Positions 34,201 through 44,859 of a DNA stretch of 64,000 nt are shown piece by piece. The DNA comes from Sminthopsis crassicaudata (lineage: Eukaryota), in contig NC_133622.1 in NCBI RefSeq assembly GCF_048593235.1, positions 244,222,055 to 244,286,054 of the forward strand. Direction: 5' to 3'. Numbering within the stretch: the first letter of the stretch is position 1; every line of letters begins with the position of its first letter. Below the pieces are notes generated by a model. It was not told the origin of the DNA. It ran no database searches and was given only the letters and a program-made list of their open reading frames with translations. Position numbers and translations under genes: made by a program.

Positions 34201-34617
34201 TGGGTCATTGGCTGGCCTCCGGTGCCCGTGAACTCGGCAGAAGCAGGACCCACGGTCACCATGCTGTGTGGCTCAGGCTCCTCAGAGTTTTTCTACACCA
34301 TGCTGGGCTACCTGGGCTTCCTGGCCCTGGTCAGTCTGGTGGTGGCCTTCCTGGCCCGTCGACTGCCCGACACTTTCAACGAAGCCAAGCACATCACCCT
34401 CAGCATGTTGGTCTTCTCCTGTGTCTGGATCTCCTTCATCCCAGCCCACCTGAGTGCTCAGGGCAAGGACACTGTGGCTGTGGAGATCTTTGCTATTTTA
34501 GCATCCGGGGCAGGCCTGATGGGCTGTCTGTTCTTCCCTAAGTGCTACATCATCCTGCTACGGCCTGAGAAGAACACAAGGGACCAAATGAGGGGCAAGC
34601 AGCATTTCAAGAAATGA
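22057..34617 (+). CDS. Class C GPCR, V2R/CaSR-like; six-exon model join(22057-22286,25606-25897,29946-30770,31469-31696,31958-32081,33713-34617), 867 aa
   Basis: Exons of 230+292+825+228+124+905 = 2604 nt give 868 codons with no internal stop. All introns are GT-AG, phases 2,0,0,0,1. Signal peptide, Venus flytrap domain, 9-Cys domain and 7TM with LPDTFNEAK and PKCYIILLRPEKN are present. Confidence 0.92.
22470..23408. other. Assembly gap (N run). Other gaps: 26582-26730, 28483-28624, 36796-37166, 40533-40664, 48130-48282, 48632-48781, 58408-58560
   Basis: Runs of n. None overlaps a predicted coding exon. Confidence 0.99.
24400..24543 (-). mobile_element. WSINE1-like SINE in intron 1
   Basis: T-tail then ctgaggctggggttaagtgacttgcccagg...ccactgcgccacctagctgcccc. 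TSD gaaccagctttt (24392-24403/24549-24560). Confidence 0.9.
24760..25080 (-). mobile_element. Old CR1/L3 fragment
   Basis: gtcacattgttggctcacgttgg; ttatgtcagctgaattgtatcttgttggatttggccca; ccattcaagtaatttgtcaagagatg resemble antisense CR1 RT sequence. Confidence 0.45.
25606..25897 (+). CDS. Class C GPCR exon 2
   Basis: FAVEEANRDPNFLPNVTVGFQLYDSC is the class C motif FAIEEINxxxxLLPNxTLGYxIYDSC. Acceptor tttcttcctcaag, donor gtgagt. Confidence 0.93.
26805..27300. repeat. AT-rich degenerate minisatellite (about 3 units) in intron 2
   Basis: Blocks tttatattatatttaa(tc/ct)acatcaa near 26855, 27035 and 27161, and tattatattatatttcatgttgtatttatt, recur. Confidence 0.75.
28625..28696 (-). mobile_element. 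WSINE1-like SINE, partial (abuts gap)
   Basis: gagaccagatttgaactcgggtcctcctgaattcaaggctggtgctctatccactgcgccacctagctgccc. Confidence 0.85.
29946..30770 (+). CDS. Class C GPCR exon 3
   Basis: ISHGS...FPSFLRTVP...YFNWTWVG...GPIPGFKHFL...FWQELLGC...ARPWQ. Acceptor ttttctttccccag, donor gtgaga. Confidence 0.93.
31469..31696 (+). CDS. Class C GPCR exon 4
   Basis: FLHYLKAVCF...FFTQDGEIPAIFDIVN...VKVG...INSSTIIW. 228 bp, acceptor tttttgtctcag, donor gtgaga. Confidence 0.92.
31958..32081 (+). CDS. Class C GPCR exon 5 (cysteine-rich domain)
   Basis: VPLSVCSKTCPLGTRKSAIQGQPSCCYQCLHCPKGEIAYIS. 124 bp, phase 1, donor gtaaga. Confidence 0.95.
33061..33343 (+). pseudogene. Degenerate 7SL (SRP RNA) retrocopy in intron 5
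   Basis: Colinear matches to 7SL: ttgcttgagttcaggagttc (TCGCTTGAGTCCAGGAGTTC), ggttacctaaggag (GGTTGCCTAAGGAG), aaatggagcagg (AAACGGAGCAGG), tgctgatcagta (TGCTGATCAGTA), caacctggaca (CAGCCTGGGCA). Confidence 0.8.
33383..33506 (+). mobile_element. WSINE1-like SINE with internal deletion of the B-box
   Basis: 14-bp TSD aaaatttctggtga (33369-33382/33507-33520). Confidence 0.9.
33713..34617 (+). CDS. Class C GPCR exon 6 (end of CRD plus 7TM)
   Basis: DSASCFKCPEDQWPNNEKDRCIPK...TPIVRANNHRLSYILL...LAKT...LGYLGFLA...LPDTFNEAK...VAVEIFAILAS...PKCYIILLRPEKN...FKK*. Confidence 0.96.
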
Positions 34618-37600
34618 AAGCCAAACCAGTCCTTCCATTTTCCTCATCATAGATGGGAGGGAAGATTCTCAGCACTTCCTAGCTCTCTCCAAACTATCTT
34701 TGTGCCATGAAAGGGCCTGTATCTCATCTTGATACCTGGCTATCATTCATACATGCCATAGGTTTTCTCTCCTAAACTGGAATATTTCCCTTTTACTTTT
34801 AAGCCAATCCAAATCTTACCAGTCCTTCGGACCCATTTAAAATATTCCCTTCAATTATGAAGCTTCTGATGACTGTTGTTCAATCATCAATCATTTTTGA
34901 CTCTATGTGACCTGTGGACATTTGTGCACAGGGTTTTCTTAGCAAAGATACAGTAAAGACTTGTTATTTCATTTTCCAGTGTGTTGTCATTTTCACAGAT
35001 GAACAACTGAGGCAAATAGAGCTTGTAACTTTTCTAAGGTCATGCAGTTTAGTAAACATCGGAGGCCACATTTGAACTCAGATCTTGACTTCAGTCTCTG
35101 CACTGGCTGCAGTCTTCCCTGACCATTTAAATTTCCATTGATGACTTCTATACTTTTTATTAGCATCAAATATGGAGCTTAAACATTCGCAGATAGTTGC
35201 ATGTGTTCTAGAACTGCCTATTGGACTAGAAGGTGAACTTCGTAAGAGTAAGCACCAAATCTTATTTCTTCTGTATCCATTTCAGTATTTGGTCGAGAAT
35301 TGAGTATCAGTAAATGTGCAATAGATCCCTGTTTATTGATTATGTTGTACTTGTAACACACTCTTCTCATGTATGTGGACACCAGGAAAACTATTCCAGT
35401 TTTAGCTATCTTTTTGGTTTTTACTTGCTCAAAACTATAGATCATGAACCTCCAGGGATGCTTGTACTTTTACTAGTCAACCAGGGAACATATAAATAAA
35501 GTTCAACATAAAGGGATTTATTTAGTGAAATGGTATCGTATAGTATAGAGAAGAAGAAATTGAATACTACTCCCTGAACTTGGGGCACATTCACTCTAAA
35601 TATGCCCACGTGTTTTATGACCCACATTTGAAGGAGTAACTCATGTTCCTGATAATATATTTGTACTGTTCACAGAGGACTTGCTCCTCCCTAGGAATGG
35701 TATCTCCATTTTTATTGTATCCATAGCAGTTACAGTTGGATATAATTCTCCTGGTGTTTCTTAGTCTCTTTGTGAGGGACATTCTAGATACTTGTAGCAA
35801 CAACCCTATGAATAGTGAAGGTGTGCCTAGGTCAGAGGAATAATCATTTTCTCCTTTTGCTTGCTGTTATCCTCTATAATGTTTCATGCTATAACCTGGG
35901 CCTCCGTGGATCAATTGTCAAACTAGGATGTACTTTGGAGCTATCTGTCTATGAATGTTTCCTCTCTTTTGTTTTATGAGCTTGCTTTTTTGGACTCCCA
36001 GTAAGCTTTGTTTTCCTTATCTGATCTAATTAAATTATTACTATGATTTCCTGCCTTGGGAATGTGCCCTCAATATAGTAATTAAGACTTTGTCTGGGGT
36101 AGAAAAGTATGTAGATTTGTGATGATGGCCAGTTCTCACTATGAATCAATCCCTCTCTCTTTAGTCAGTAAAACAAAGACTAGTAATCCCCAGGATCAAG
36201 CTGACTGCATCTTTTATCCAAGGGTTCTTACTGAGAGTTTGCTGGGGCAGTCACTGATGGTGGTCACTGATTAAGATGAGTTCCACGTTGCATTGTTTGG
36301 AAGTTTTGGACAATGCTGTAGTCACTGACTAGGGATAAAATTGTCTTGTGCAGAGTGATGTCTAGTTTCCCTTTTCATATTTTGCAGGAGGCTTTGGGGA
36401 GAACTAAAGTATAGTCTCGTTATTAGATTTTCATTGATTAGATGTATAATTTCATTACACATTTCACTCAGTTCATCATGTAGGTGCTGAAGAAATTAAT
36501 AGTTAAATAAATATAATATATTTATAATATAATAGATATTACATATCTATTATATTAAATAATTGTAGATGTAATATCAATATAATAGTTAAATAAATAA
36601 AATAGTTAAATCAGTTAAAGGATGGTTGTCAGAGAGAAGGTGGAGGAGACGTTTCTTGCCTACATGAGAAAATTCCTCTGACATCTCATTACCCAGTAGT
36701 CTGTCTGGTAATGAAGTTCTCTATCCTTAATAAGAATTGTCCTAGAATGCTTGATGTAATTAATTGTTGATTCTTTCCATCTAGGTGCATTTTTCNNNNN
36801 NNNNNNNNNNNNNNNNNNNNNNNNNNNNNNNNNNNNNNNNNNNNNNNNNNNNNNNNNNNNNNNNNNNNNNNNNNNNNNNNNNNNNNNNNNNNNNNNNNNN
36901 NNNNNNNNNNNNNNNNNNNNNNNNNNNNNNNNNNNNNNNNNNNNNNNNNNNNNNNNNNNNNNNNNNNNNNNNNNNNNNNNNNNNNNNNNNNNNNNNNNNN
37001 NNNNNNNNNNNNNNNNNNNNNNNNNNNNNNNNNNNNNNNNNNNNNNNNNNNNNNNNNNNNNNNNNNNNNNNNNNNNNNNNNNNNNNNNNNNNNNNNNNNN
37101 NNNNNNNNNNNNNNNNNNNNNNNNNNNNNNNNNNNNNNNNNNNNNNNNNNNNNNNNNNNNNNNNNNTGAAAGACATGAAAAATATCAGTGGAGAAGTAAA
37201 AATCATGCTTACTACAGTGATCAAAGTATTGATGTAAAATGTGAGAGACAATTTGGCAAGATTCAGCTCAGATCCAATGGCAAGAGCACTTTATAGCATA
37301 AGGAAAACTGCAAAAATTGTGTTTTTTTTCTCTTCTCTCTTTAACCCTTACTCAGTAGGGAATGTATACATCGTAAAGGCTGATAATTAGTTACCTGTGA
37401 ATTCACATGGAATAGAAAGTATAGTGGAAGAATAATTAAGGGATACTAATAGCAACTTTTAAGAGATAAAGAAACATTAAAATTCAAAGTGGGGAAGACT
37501 GATCATAAAATGTATGATAATAGTCTCAAGGTTTATTGCCCATTTATTTGAAAGGAGAGTTGTCCTTGACTTGTATCAGGGAGCTTTTAGGAGCATGACA

Positions 37601-38416
37601 AGAGAAGGGCTAGTTGGGACTATGCCGGCATAGAAGATATGAACCATCCTATGTAGCATCTGAAAGGTTGAGTAGGATTCTGAACACATCAGGAATTCAC
37701 AGCTCCCATGATCAAATTGAATTACATGGGATGTTCTTCCTTTGTTTTTCCTGCAAACCAATTCACTCTAAGAGGTAGTAGAGGAAAGCCAAATAAATGT
37801 GAACTCAAATGATAAAAATGGAAATAATGAAACTGTTCTGTTGCCAGGAATAGTAATGTCCATGATCTAAGTGATCAAGAGCATACACAGTTCTCTTAAA
37901 TAAATGGTGTCCTTAAAAACCTGAGAATATGAGTTACAAGATAAGCCACGGTGTAAATAATTGAGAATTAACTGCATCTGGATGTGGACACAAGCCTCAA
38001 GTCATCATGGAACTGAGCCTCCTGACCCTAAGAAAGACTGAACATACAACTACTTATATATAGTAAATGATGATCATCTTGCCTTTGACCTAACCTAGTT
38101 TTAAGTAACAAGTCAAAAAGGAACTTGGGTACGTGGGCATGTCATAGGGCTGATCGTGTGGGGTAGCATTCAAGGTAAATTGTATAGAATGTATCTTCTC
38201 TCTCAAACTGCCTCATCTTAGACTCAACATTTCCATTCAAGGAAAGAGGGATAAGACCTCACCAAATTGAACTCGCATCCATAAATTCTATGCTCCACAT
38301 AAAGCAGTATAACTTGCTCACTCCCAGTCAGGATATTTCATTTCTTGCCTCCAAGATTTTTCTTAAGCTGTGCTCTGGGCATGGTACACACTCCTTGGAA
38401 GAGCTAGTTTCTTTCT

Positions 38417-38559
38417 TTCTTTCTTTCTCTTTTTCTGAGGCTGGGGTTAAGTGACTTGCCCAGGGTCACACAGCTGTTAAGTGTCTGAGATCAGATTTGA
38501 ACTCGGGTCCTCCTGAATTCAAGGCTGGTGCTCTATCCACTGTGCCACCTAGCTGCCCC
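38417..38559 (-). mobile_element. WSINE1-like SINE
   Basis: Full length. TSD gctagtttctttct (38403-38416/38560-38573). Confidence 0.92.
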
Positions 38560-39218
38560 GCTAGTTTCTTTCTAATCTCAACCCAAGTGCTCCCTCTTTT
38601 TAGATGCTTTTTGTGATCTCTCCAGCTTATGATGCACCCCCAACAATTGTATTCATTCTGCATCTTAATAGATACATCTCTGTGCATATTCAATAGAATA
38701 TCAACTCTTTTAGGGAAGAAATAAATAAATAAATAAAACAATCTCTGTGACTCTAATACCTGAAACATAGTAGTAAGTGCTTAATAATCTTGTTGAATGA
38801 ATGAAGTAATGAATGAATTTCTACATTGGATATCATGGATAGTACATTGTGTTAGTGTTTATTAAATGCTTTTATATGCATAGTTCATTCATTTCTCCCA
38901 ACAAATCTATGAGGTAGACAAGGAAGGTATTCCTTTCCCAACATTTCAGATAAAGGAACAGAATCAGAAAGATGAGATGATTTTCCTAAGAGCAATCCGC
39001 CAGGACTTCCCCTAGGTCTCCAGATCTAAGTCCAGCTTTTTGCCTTTTGATGGTACAAGGCTTATGGGCAACTATATATTCTTGGTCTTTTTAGCACCAT
39101 ATTGGTAAGACTCCACTTTTCTCATTGGTTAACCACTCACCTCATTGCCGCCAACCTCTGTCTATATGGGCCCTTGTGATTAGAGACCAGAGTTATCCCT
39201 CTGGTTTACCATAGTATC

Positions 39219-40169
39219 CTAGAGAGAGCTTTTCTTGGAGAAGACATTTCTTGTGAGTACTTTTGCCAGGGCCCCTTTCATGTCACTATTCCTTAGGGTG
39301 TAAATCACAGGGTTGAGAAGAGGAGTACCTAGTGTATATACCAGTGAAAGCAACTGGTCCTGCTTGGGGGAATAGCTCGAGTTTGGCCGAAGGTACATGA
39401 ACATGCAGCAACCGTACTGTAAGAGGACCACCATGAGGTGGGAGGAGCAGGTAGAGAAAGCCCGGCGGCGGCCTGATGTAGAATGGATGCCCAATATGGC
39501 AATCGTAATGAGGGCATAGGAAATAGCAATGAGGAGAAAGGGGAAGGCGATGGCCAGCGTGCCCGCCACCAGCACCGAGAGCTCAGGGAGGCGGCTGTGG
39601 GTGCAGGTCAGTCGCATCACTGGGGGAACATCACAGAAGAAGTGCTCAATGCTTCTGGAACGGCAAAAAGGCAAGCAGAAGATGAAGACCACCAGCTGTA
39701 GGGATAGGATAAAACCGATGGCTATGGAGGCCACCACCAGGTTGACACAGAACTTCTGAGTCATGATCAAGGGGTACTGTAGGGGATAGCAGATTGCCAC
39801 GTAGCGGTCATAGGCCATAACAGCCAATAGGAAGCAGTCAGTGCTACCAAGCCCAATGAAAAATAGCATCTGGGTAGCACAACCCAGAAATGTAATGGCT
39901 TTATGCCTCTTCACGGTGTTCACCAGGATGTGGGGAACCACTGTTGCAGTGTACCAGATCTCCACAATAGACAGGCTGCCTAGGAGGTAGTACATTGGTG
40001 TGTGGAGACGGGCTTCCATCTGAATGGCAGCCACTATAAGGATATTTCCTGTGAGGATCGTGGTGTAGACTAGACTGATCCCCAAGAAAACCAAGACCTG
40101 CAGCTCTGGCTGGGTAGGATAAGCTAGGAATACAAACTCTGTTGATAATGTTTGGTTCACCCAAGTCAT
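39219..40169 (-). CDS. OR10W1: Olfactory receptor, OR10W1-like, intact (316 aa)
   Basis: NQT glycosylation site, [83 protein letters not shown] and SYSPKQD match my recall of human OR10W1. Confidence 0.9.
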   Translation of the reverse strand: MTWVNQTLSTEFVFLAYPTQPELQVLVFLGISLVYTTILTGNILIVAAIQMEARLHTPMYYLLGSLSIVEIWYTATVVPHILVNTVKRHKAITFLGCATQMLFFIGLGSTDCFLLAVMAYDRYVAICYPLQYPLIMTQKFCVNLVVASIAIGFILSLQLVVFIFCLPFCRSRSIEHFFCDVPPVMRLTCTHSRLPELSVLVAGTLAIAFPFLLIAISYALITIAILGIHSTSGRRRAFSTCSSHLMVVLLQYGCCMFMYLRPNSSYSPKQDQLLSLVYTLGTPLLNPVIYTLRNSDMKGALAKVLTRNVFSKKSSL

Positions 40170-40664
40170 TGAGGTGCTGAGGCTCTCTGTATGGCAAGAG
40201 ATAAAAGGATAGAAGAAAGAATCAATCTATGAATGCATAGGGATGTCTTGCATATCGTCACAGTATGTCTGCTCTAATCAGAGCTTGGGATTGTGTGAGA
40301 GAGTATGGAAGAATGGAAAAAATGCTAGATTTGGATGCAAGACTTCCGGCTCAAATCCTGCCTATAAGATGCTGGTTTTATGATCCCAAGCCAATCATCT
40401 AGCATCTCTGAGCCTGTTTCTCCATCTGGATAAGTGGGATAATAACACTTTAACTGCCTACATGATAAGATTGTGATAAAAAAATCAAACATTATTTTTT
40501 TTTAAACTTTAAAGCATGATATATGATTTAAANNNNNNNNNNNNNNNNNNNNNNNNNNNNNNNNNNNNNNNNNNNNNNNNNNNNNNNNNNNNNNNNNNNN
40601 NNNNNNNNNNNNNNNNNNNNNNNNNNNNNNNNNNNNNNNNNNNNNNNNNNNNNNNNNNNNNNNN

Positions 40665-40832
40665 TATATTATTTTTATTTTTTTTTATTATAGAACATTG
40701 ACAGAACATATGCATGGGTAATTTTTCAACATTATCCCTTACACTCACTTCTGTTCCAATTTTTCCCTTCCCTTCCTCCACCCCCTCCCCTAAATGGTAG
40801 GCAGTCTCATACATGCTTAACATGTTAAAGTT
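40665..40832 (-). mobile_element. Short L1 3' end (tail runs into gap)
   Basis: catatgcatgggtaatttttcaacattatccctt as in 7123-7260. TSD atgatatatgattt (40516-40529/40833-40846). Confidence 0.75.
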
Positions 40833-41041
40833 ATGATATATGATTTTGACTGTGATAGTGATGGGAAATAGGAGAATGAGAGGGTACTTGGTTCAAGAGG
40901 GGAAAATCCACTGGATTTAGTGTTAGATGATTGATAGTTCTGTTACTTGTTACTTGTGTTATTTTGGGTGAGTCATTTTTTTTCTCCCTGTGCCAGTTTC
41001 CTCCTCTGTAAAATCGTGGTTGGATTAGGCACTCTCTGAGG

Positions 41042-41210
41042 CAGGGGTCCTTAACCTGATGTCTGAGAACTTTTTAAAAACTGGTAATAGTATTTCAACA
41101 TACTGTTTTTCCCCCCAATTTAGTGCATTTTAAAACATTTTGAGATTGAATCTATAGGCTTTCCCAGATAATTAAAGGGATACATGAACCCCACAGTTTA
41201 ACAACTCCTG
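41042..41210 (+). mobile_element. Old hAT-Charlie-type MITE
   Basis: Degenerate TIRs caggggtccttaacc...tttaacaactcctg. TSD not recognisable. Confidence 0.55.
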
Positions 41211-42649
41211 CATAAGTCTAAGGTCAATTTTGTCTTTAATTCCTCTGATTTTCTGATTCTGCTTTGCCTGACCCAGCCAATAACACTAGTCAATGACACC
41301 CTGCAAAGTGATGGATGAAATCTAAAAGGAGAATTAAAGAAGAGAAAAAGAGGTTAGGGAAAATGGGGGTGATAATGGAGGGAGACCTAGAATAATTTTT
41401 GCCTTCTCGGATGATGCAGGAGGAAATCTAATTATTCCCCTAGATATGATATAATCACAAGATTTCGGAATTGGGAGACATTGGAGAAAACACATATCCT
41501 AACTCTTATATGAGCTGAATCCCTTTCTCACGTCTCCATGACTCTTCTGCACAACTGCATAGCGTGGTCTCCAGTCTGCTCATCCCCATGGTCTCCCTTC
41601 TTATCATGTACTCTACCTGGTAAATTTCCTCCAGAATGTGTCATGTCTTGGATATAGAAATGTCAAGGAGGATCCAGTAGTAGGAGGCAGTTCCAAGAGA
41701 GTGAAAAGGGCATAGACATAATATGACATGATGACAAATCTAAGGGGATGCTCTAGTAACAGAAAGGTGGGACCCAAGAAGAAAAGGAAGGTCTTTGTTT
41801 CCTTACCTGGAGCCTTATCCACACTTAGTCTCCCCAACAGCCTCAATTTAGGAAACTTGTGGGAACTATGAGAAACAGAGAGTGTTTCCTCATGGAATTC
41901 CTCATCTCTGTAGAAATAAAAAGCTAGACAAGAAAGAAAGAAGATGGATTTGAGTCCTGGTTCTTTTATCTATTAATTAGGAGACTTGGATATCACTTTT
42001 AGGTCTCAGTTTCCCCACCTGAAAAATGAGTACATTTGAGCTCAGAATACTCTGTTAGATATTTAAAAGCAGTGTGAGATGGTTGGAAGCAGCCTTGTGC
42101 AGTGCAAAAAGCAACGTTTCTGGAGACAGAGGATGAAAATCCAAATTCTTCCTGACACTTATTACCTGTGTGCTTGAGGGCTAGTCACGTAACCTAGCTG
42201 GGTATCAAGGTACAAAACAGGAACTTGGGCTGGATGACCTCTGAGGTTTCTTTTAGCTCCGATATAGGATTGTAGGATCTCTCTAAAATCAGGAAGATCA
42301 TTAATTTCAGCATGATAATGAAGAACTACTCTTTCAAACGTATAAAGGGAGATTTCTGTATTATAATAGAGCATTTTTATACTCCAATTCATAGGTTCAA
42401 AGTGAAACTAGAAAGGACCCTTAAAGATTATTTGATTGAATGTAATTTTGAGGTCTGGCAATTATGGCCCAGAGAAGGGAAGGGAGTTATATTGAGCATC
42501 CCTCAGATTGGGGATGGCACAGCTAGAATTTGGACCAAGATCTTTTGGCATTGAATTCAAGGTTCCCTGTATCAGTGATGTCTTTAGTCTAATGAGACTC
42601 CATCTGGAGTTTTGTATGTATTCCTGGGCATCACTTTTTAGAGAGGGTA

Positions 42650-42940
42650 TTGACAAATGGGAATGTCTAGAGAAGGTTAACTAGGATGAAAAGAGGATGT
42701 GAGATGATACCCTAAGAGGACTTCTTGAAGAAAACAAGATTGTTTATTTTGTAGAAGTCACACTAGCCATTTTCAAACACATTTACAAATGACAGACATT
42801 TAGAAGGATTAGCCAGTAGAGTTATCTGGAAAGAGGAGATGCCTTCAGAGGTAATGAATTCCTTCTTGTTGGAGGTTTGCAGACAGAGGTCAGATCATGA
42901 ATTGCTTCGGACATTGTACAGATAATTATTGATCAGTAAA
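42650..42940 (+). mobile_element. CR1/L3 3' fragment
   Basis: gacaaatgggaatgtctagagaagg...ctaggatg; gccttcagaggtaatgaattccttcttgttggagg resemble the CR1 3' end. Confidence 0.5.
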
Positions 42941-44859
42941 TAGTTCGATTAGGTGGCTTCTATCTCATAAAAGTGGGAGATATTATTATCACAATGATCC
43001 TGGGTCTGGAATTGGGCAGGGAGGATACCATTTTAAGTATGGAGAAATTGAAGCAAGGAACTTAGACTATGGTTTAGAACAATAGTCTAAGACATGGAAG
43101 GAGTCAAAATTCTGCCTCTCAGCTCATGACTCATTCCTTTTACTGAGCCCTGGAAACTATCAGATACGTGGGTAGTTAAAAATGAGAATTTAGGGAAATG
43201 CCAATAAAGATAAAGTACTGGATGAACAGAACAGTTAAGTGATGAGGTTTTATTTTTGATTTTGGTACTAATAAGCTGTGTAATCTTCAGCAATCTAAAT
43301 ACCTTCTGTGTCTCCCTTTGGAAAATGAATCAGGCTAGAATAGATGTTTTGCAATATCTCTTCCAGCTTCCCCAATCTATGGCCATATAGCAACACCTTA
43401 CCTCAGAAGTGTGTGGATGCTATAGCTTCCAGATCTTCAGTTATAGCTCCATGCTCAGAACCAAGCCATCAGATCAAATATCTGATGGACAATGCTCATA
43501 TCTTTCTAGGGACAGGTCAAGGAGGAGACATCCATAACCTGGAGAGCCTATTCAATAGGGATAGGCATTTATATAACCTTCTTAAACAAAACCTCAATTC
43601 TTCATTCATTAGCACCCAGGCAGAAATAAATGGTAATAGGTCTTAGGGTCCTATCTTCTCAGTCCCATCTCCCAGAGGTGAACAGTACCGCAAAAGTTAC
43701 TCTCTCCTGAGACTCTGTTGGAGGTAATTAGCCCACAATAGATCTCTCTCTCCACGTGGGATCTCTGTGTCTCTGGAAAATGGAGGGCACATCTCTAGAG
43801 AAGCAAAATAAATTATTAAACACGTTCACTGCCACAACATCATGGATTGTGCTCCAAGTTGAAGGTTCAAATACCTTGAGGGGAAATTTTGGAAAGATCT
43901 TCAATGGAGGCAGCTTCATCATTCTCTCCTTAGCTCTGCACTTCACAATTATATAACCAACAAAACTAAGAACTAAGAACAAGTAGATTATGTCTTTAAA
44001 AATCTGAATATAAAATTCCCAGATTAACAGAACATGACATAATACCCAGTTATGTGTGTTTAAATTGTATTCCCCTACTAGACTGCAGGCTCCAAGAAGG
44101 ACAAGGGAACGTCTTCCTTAGACTCTCTTCTTTTATCAAGCACCGTGAAATGTCCCTAGCACCTGGGTCATGCAAATTGCCTTGAAGCTTAATTAAACAT
44201 CAGGGGTACACTTAGTAATATTGAAAGCAGACTGGGGCTTATGATCTTTGCTTTTTATTTCTACTGTCAGGGCAAAAAGGTTCTTATATTCTTATATTAT
44301 TCTTATATTAATTCTTATTCTTCTATTAATAACTATCCCCAATATGTTAATTTAAGGATTTGCAATTTTTTTTTCAGTGCACTTTTCTAACCTAGTAAGC
44401 TTCCTAGAAACTCTGCAGCTGGTGATGAACCTGTGTGGAATTATCTTGGTTGATCTAGGCAGCACACAATTTATCACTATCCTTATATGTGAAACTTTTA
44501 TAACTTGATAGGTGAGTTTCCATTATGCTGACAAAGCTTTTGAGGACCTAGGATCATGCTCATATAATAAGGAGGTATATCATGTTAAAGATTTTGTTGA
44601 GTGCCTAATGGACAATTAAAAATATTTTTAAAAAGTAGAAAAGAAATTAATTAATGGAATACTTGGAGAATAGAGTCTTGGATTTTAGAAAAATGGCATA
44701 GAGGAAAGACCATTGGATGTCAAATGAGAAATTTTTGTAGTTAAATCTTGGTTCTGTTACTTATAGGCTGGGTTATTATAAGTGTGTCATTTCACTTCTT
44801 GTTTCTGAAAGCAAGCATAAACATTTTTTACTATCTTCCTCCCAAGTATGGGATAGTAT

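Noticed and set aside
33928-34541. Antisense and alternate-frame ORFs over class C exon 6; likewise over OR10W1, OR10Q1 and exons 1-3
   Set aside because: Shadow ORFs of GC-richer coding DNA, with no recognisable protein similarity.
35300-36450. Possible ancient RTE-type LINE remnant on the minus strand
   Set aside because: Only weak peptide resemblance (GDTIPREEQVL, LNKSLYVEL). It cannot be supported without a profile search.
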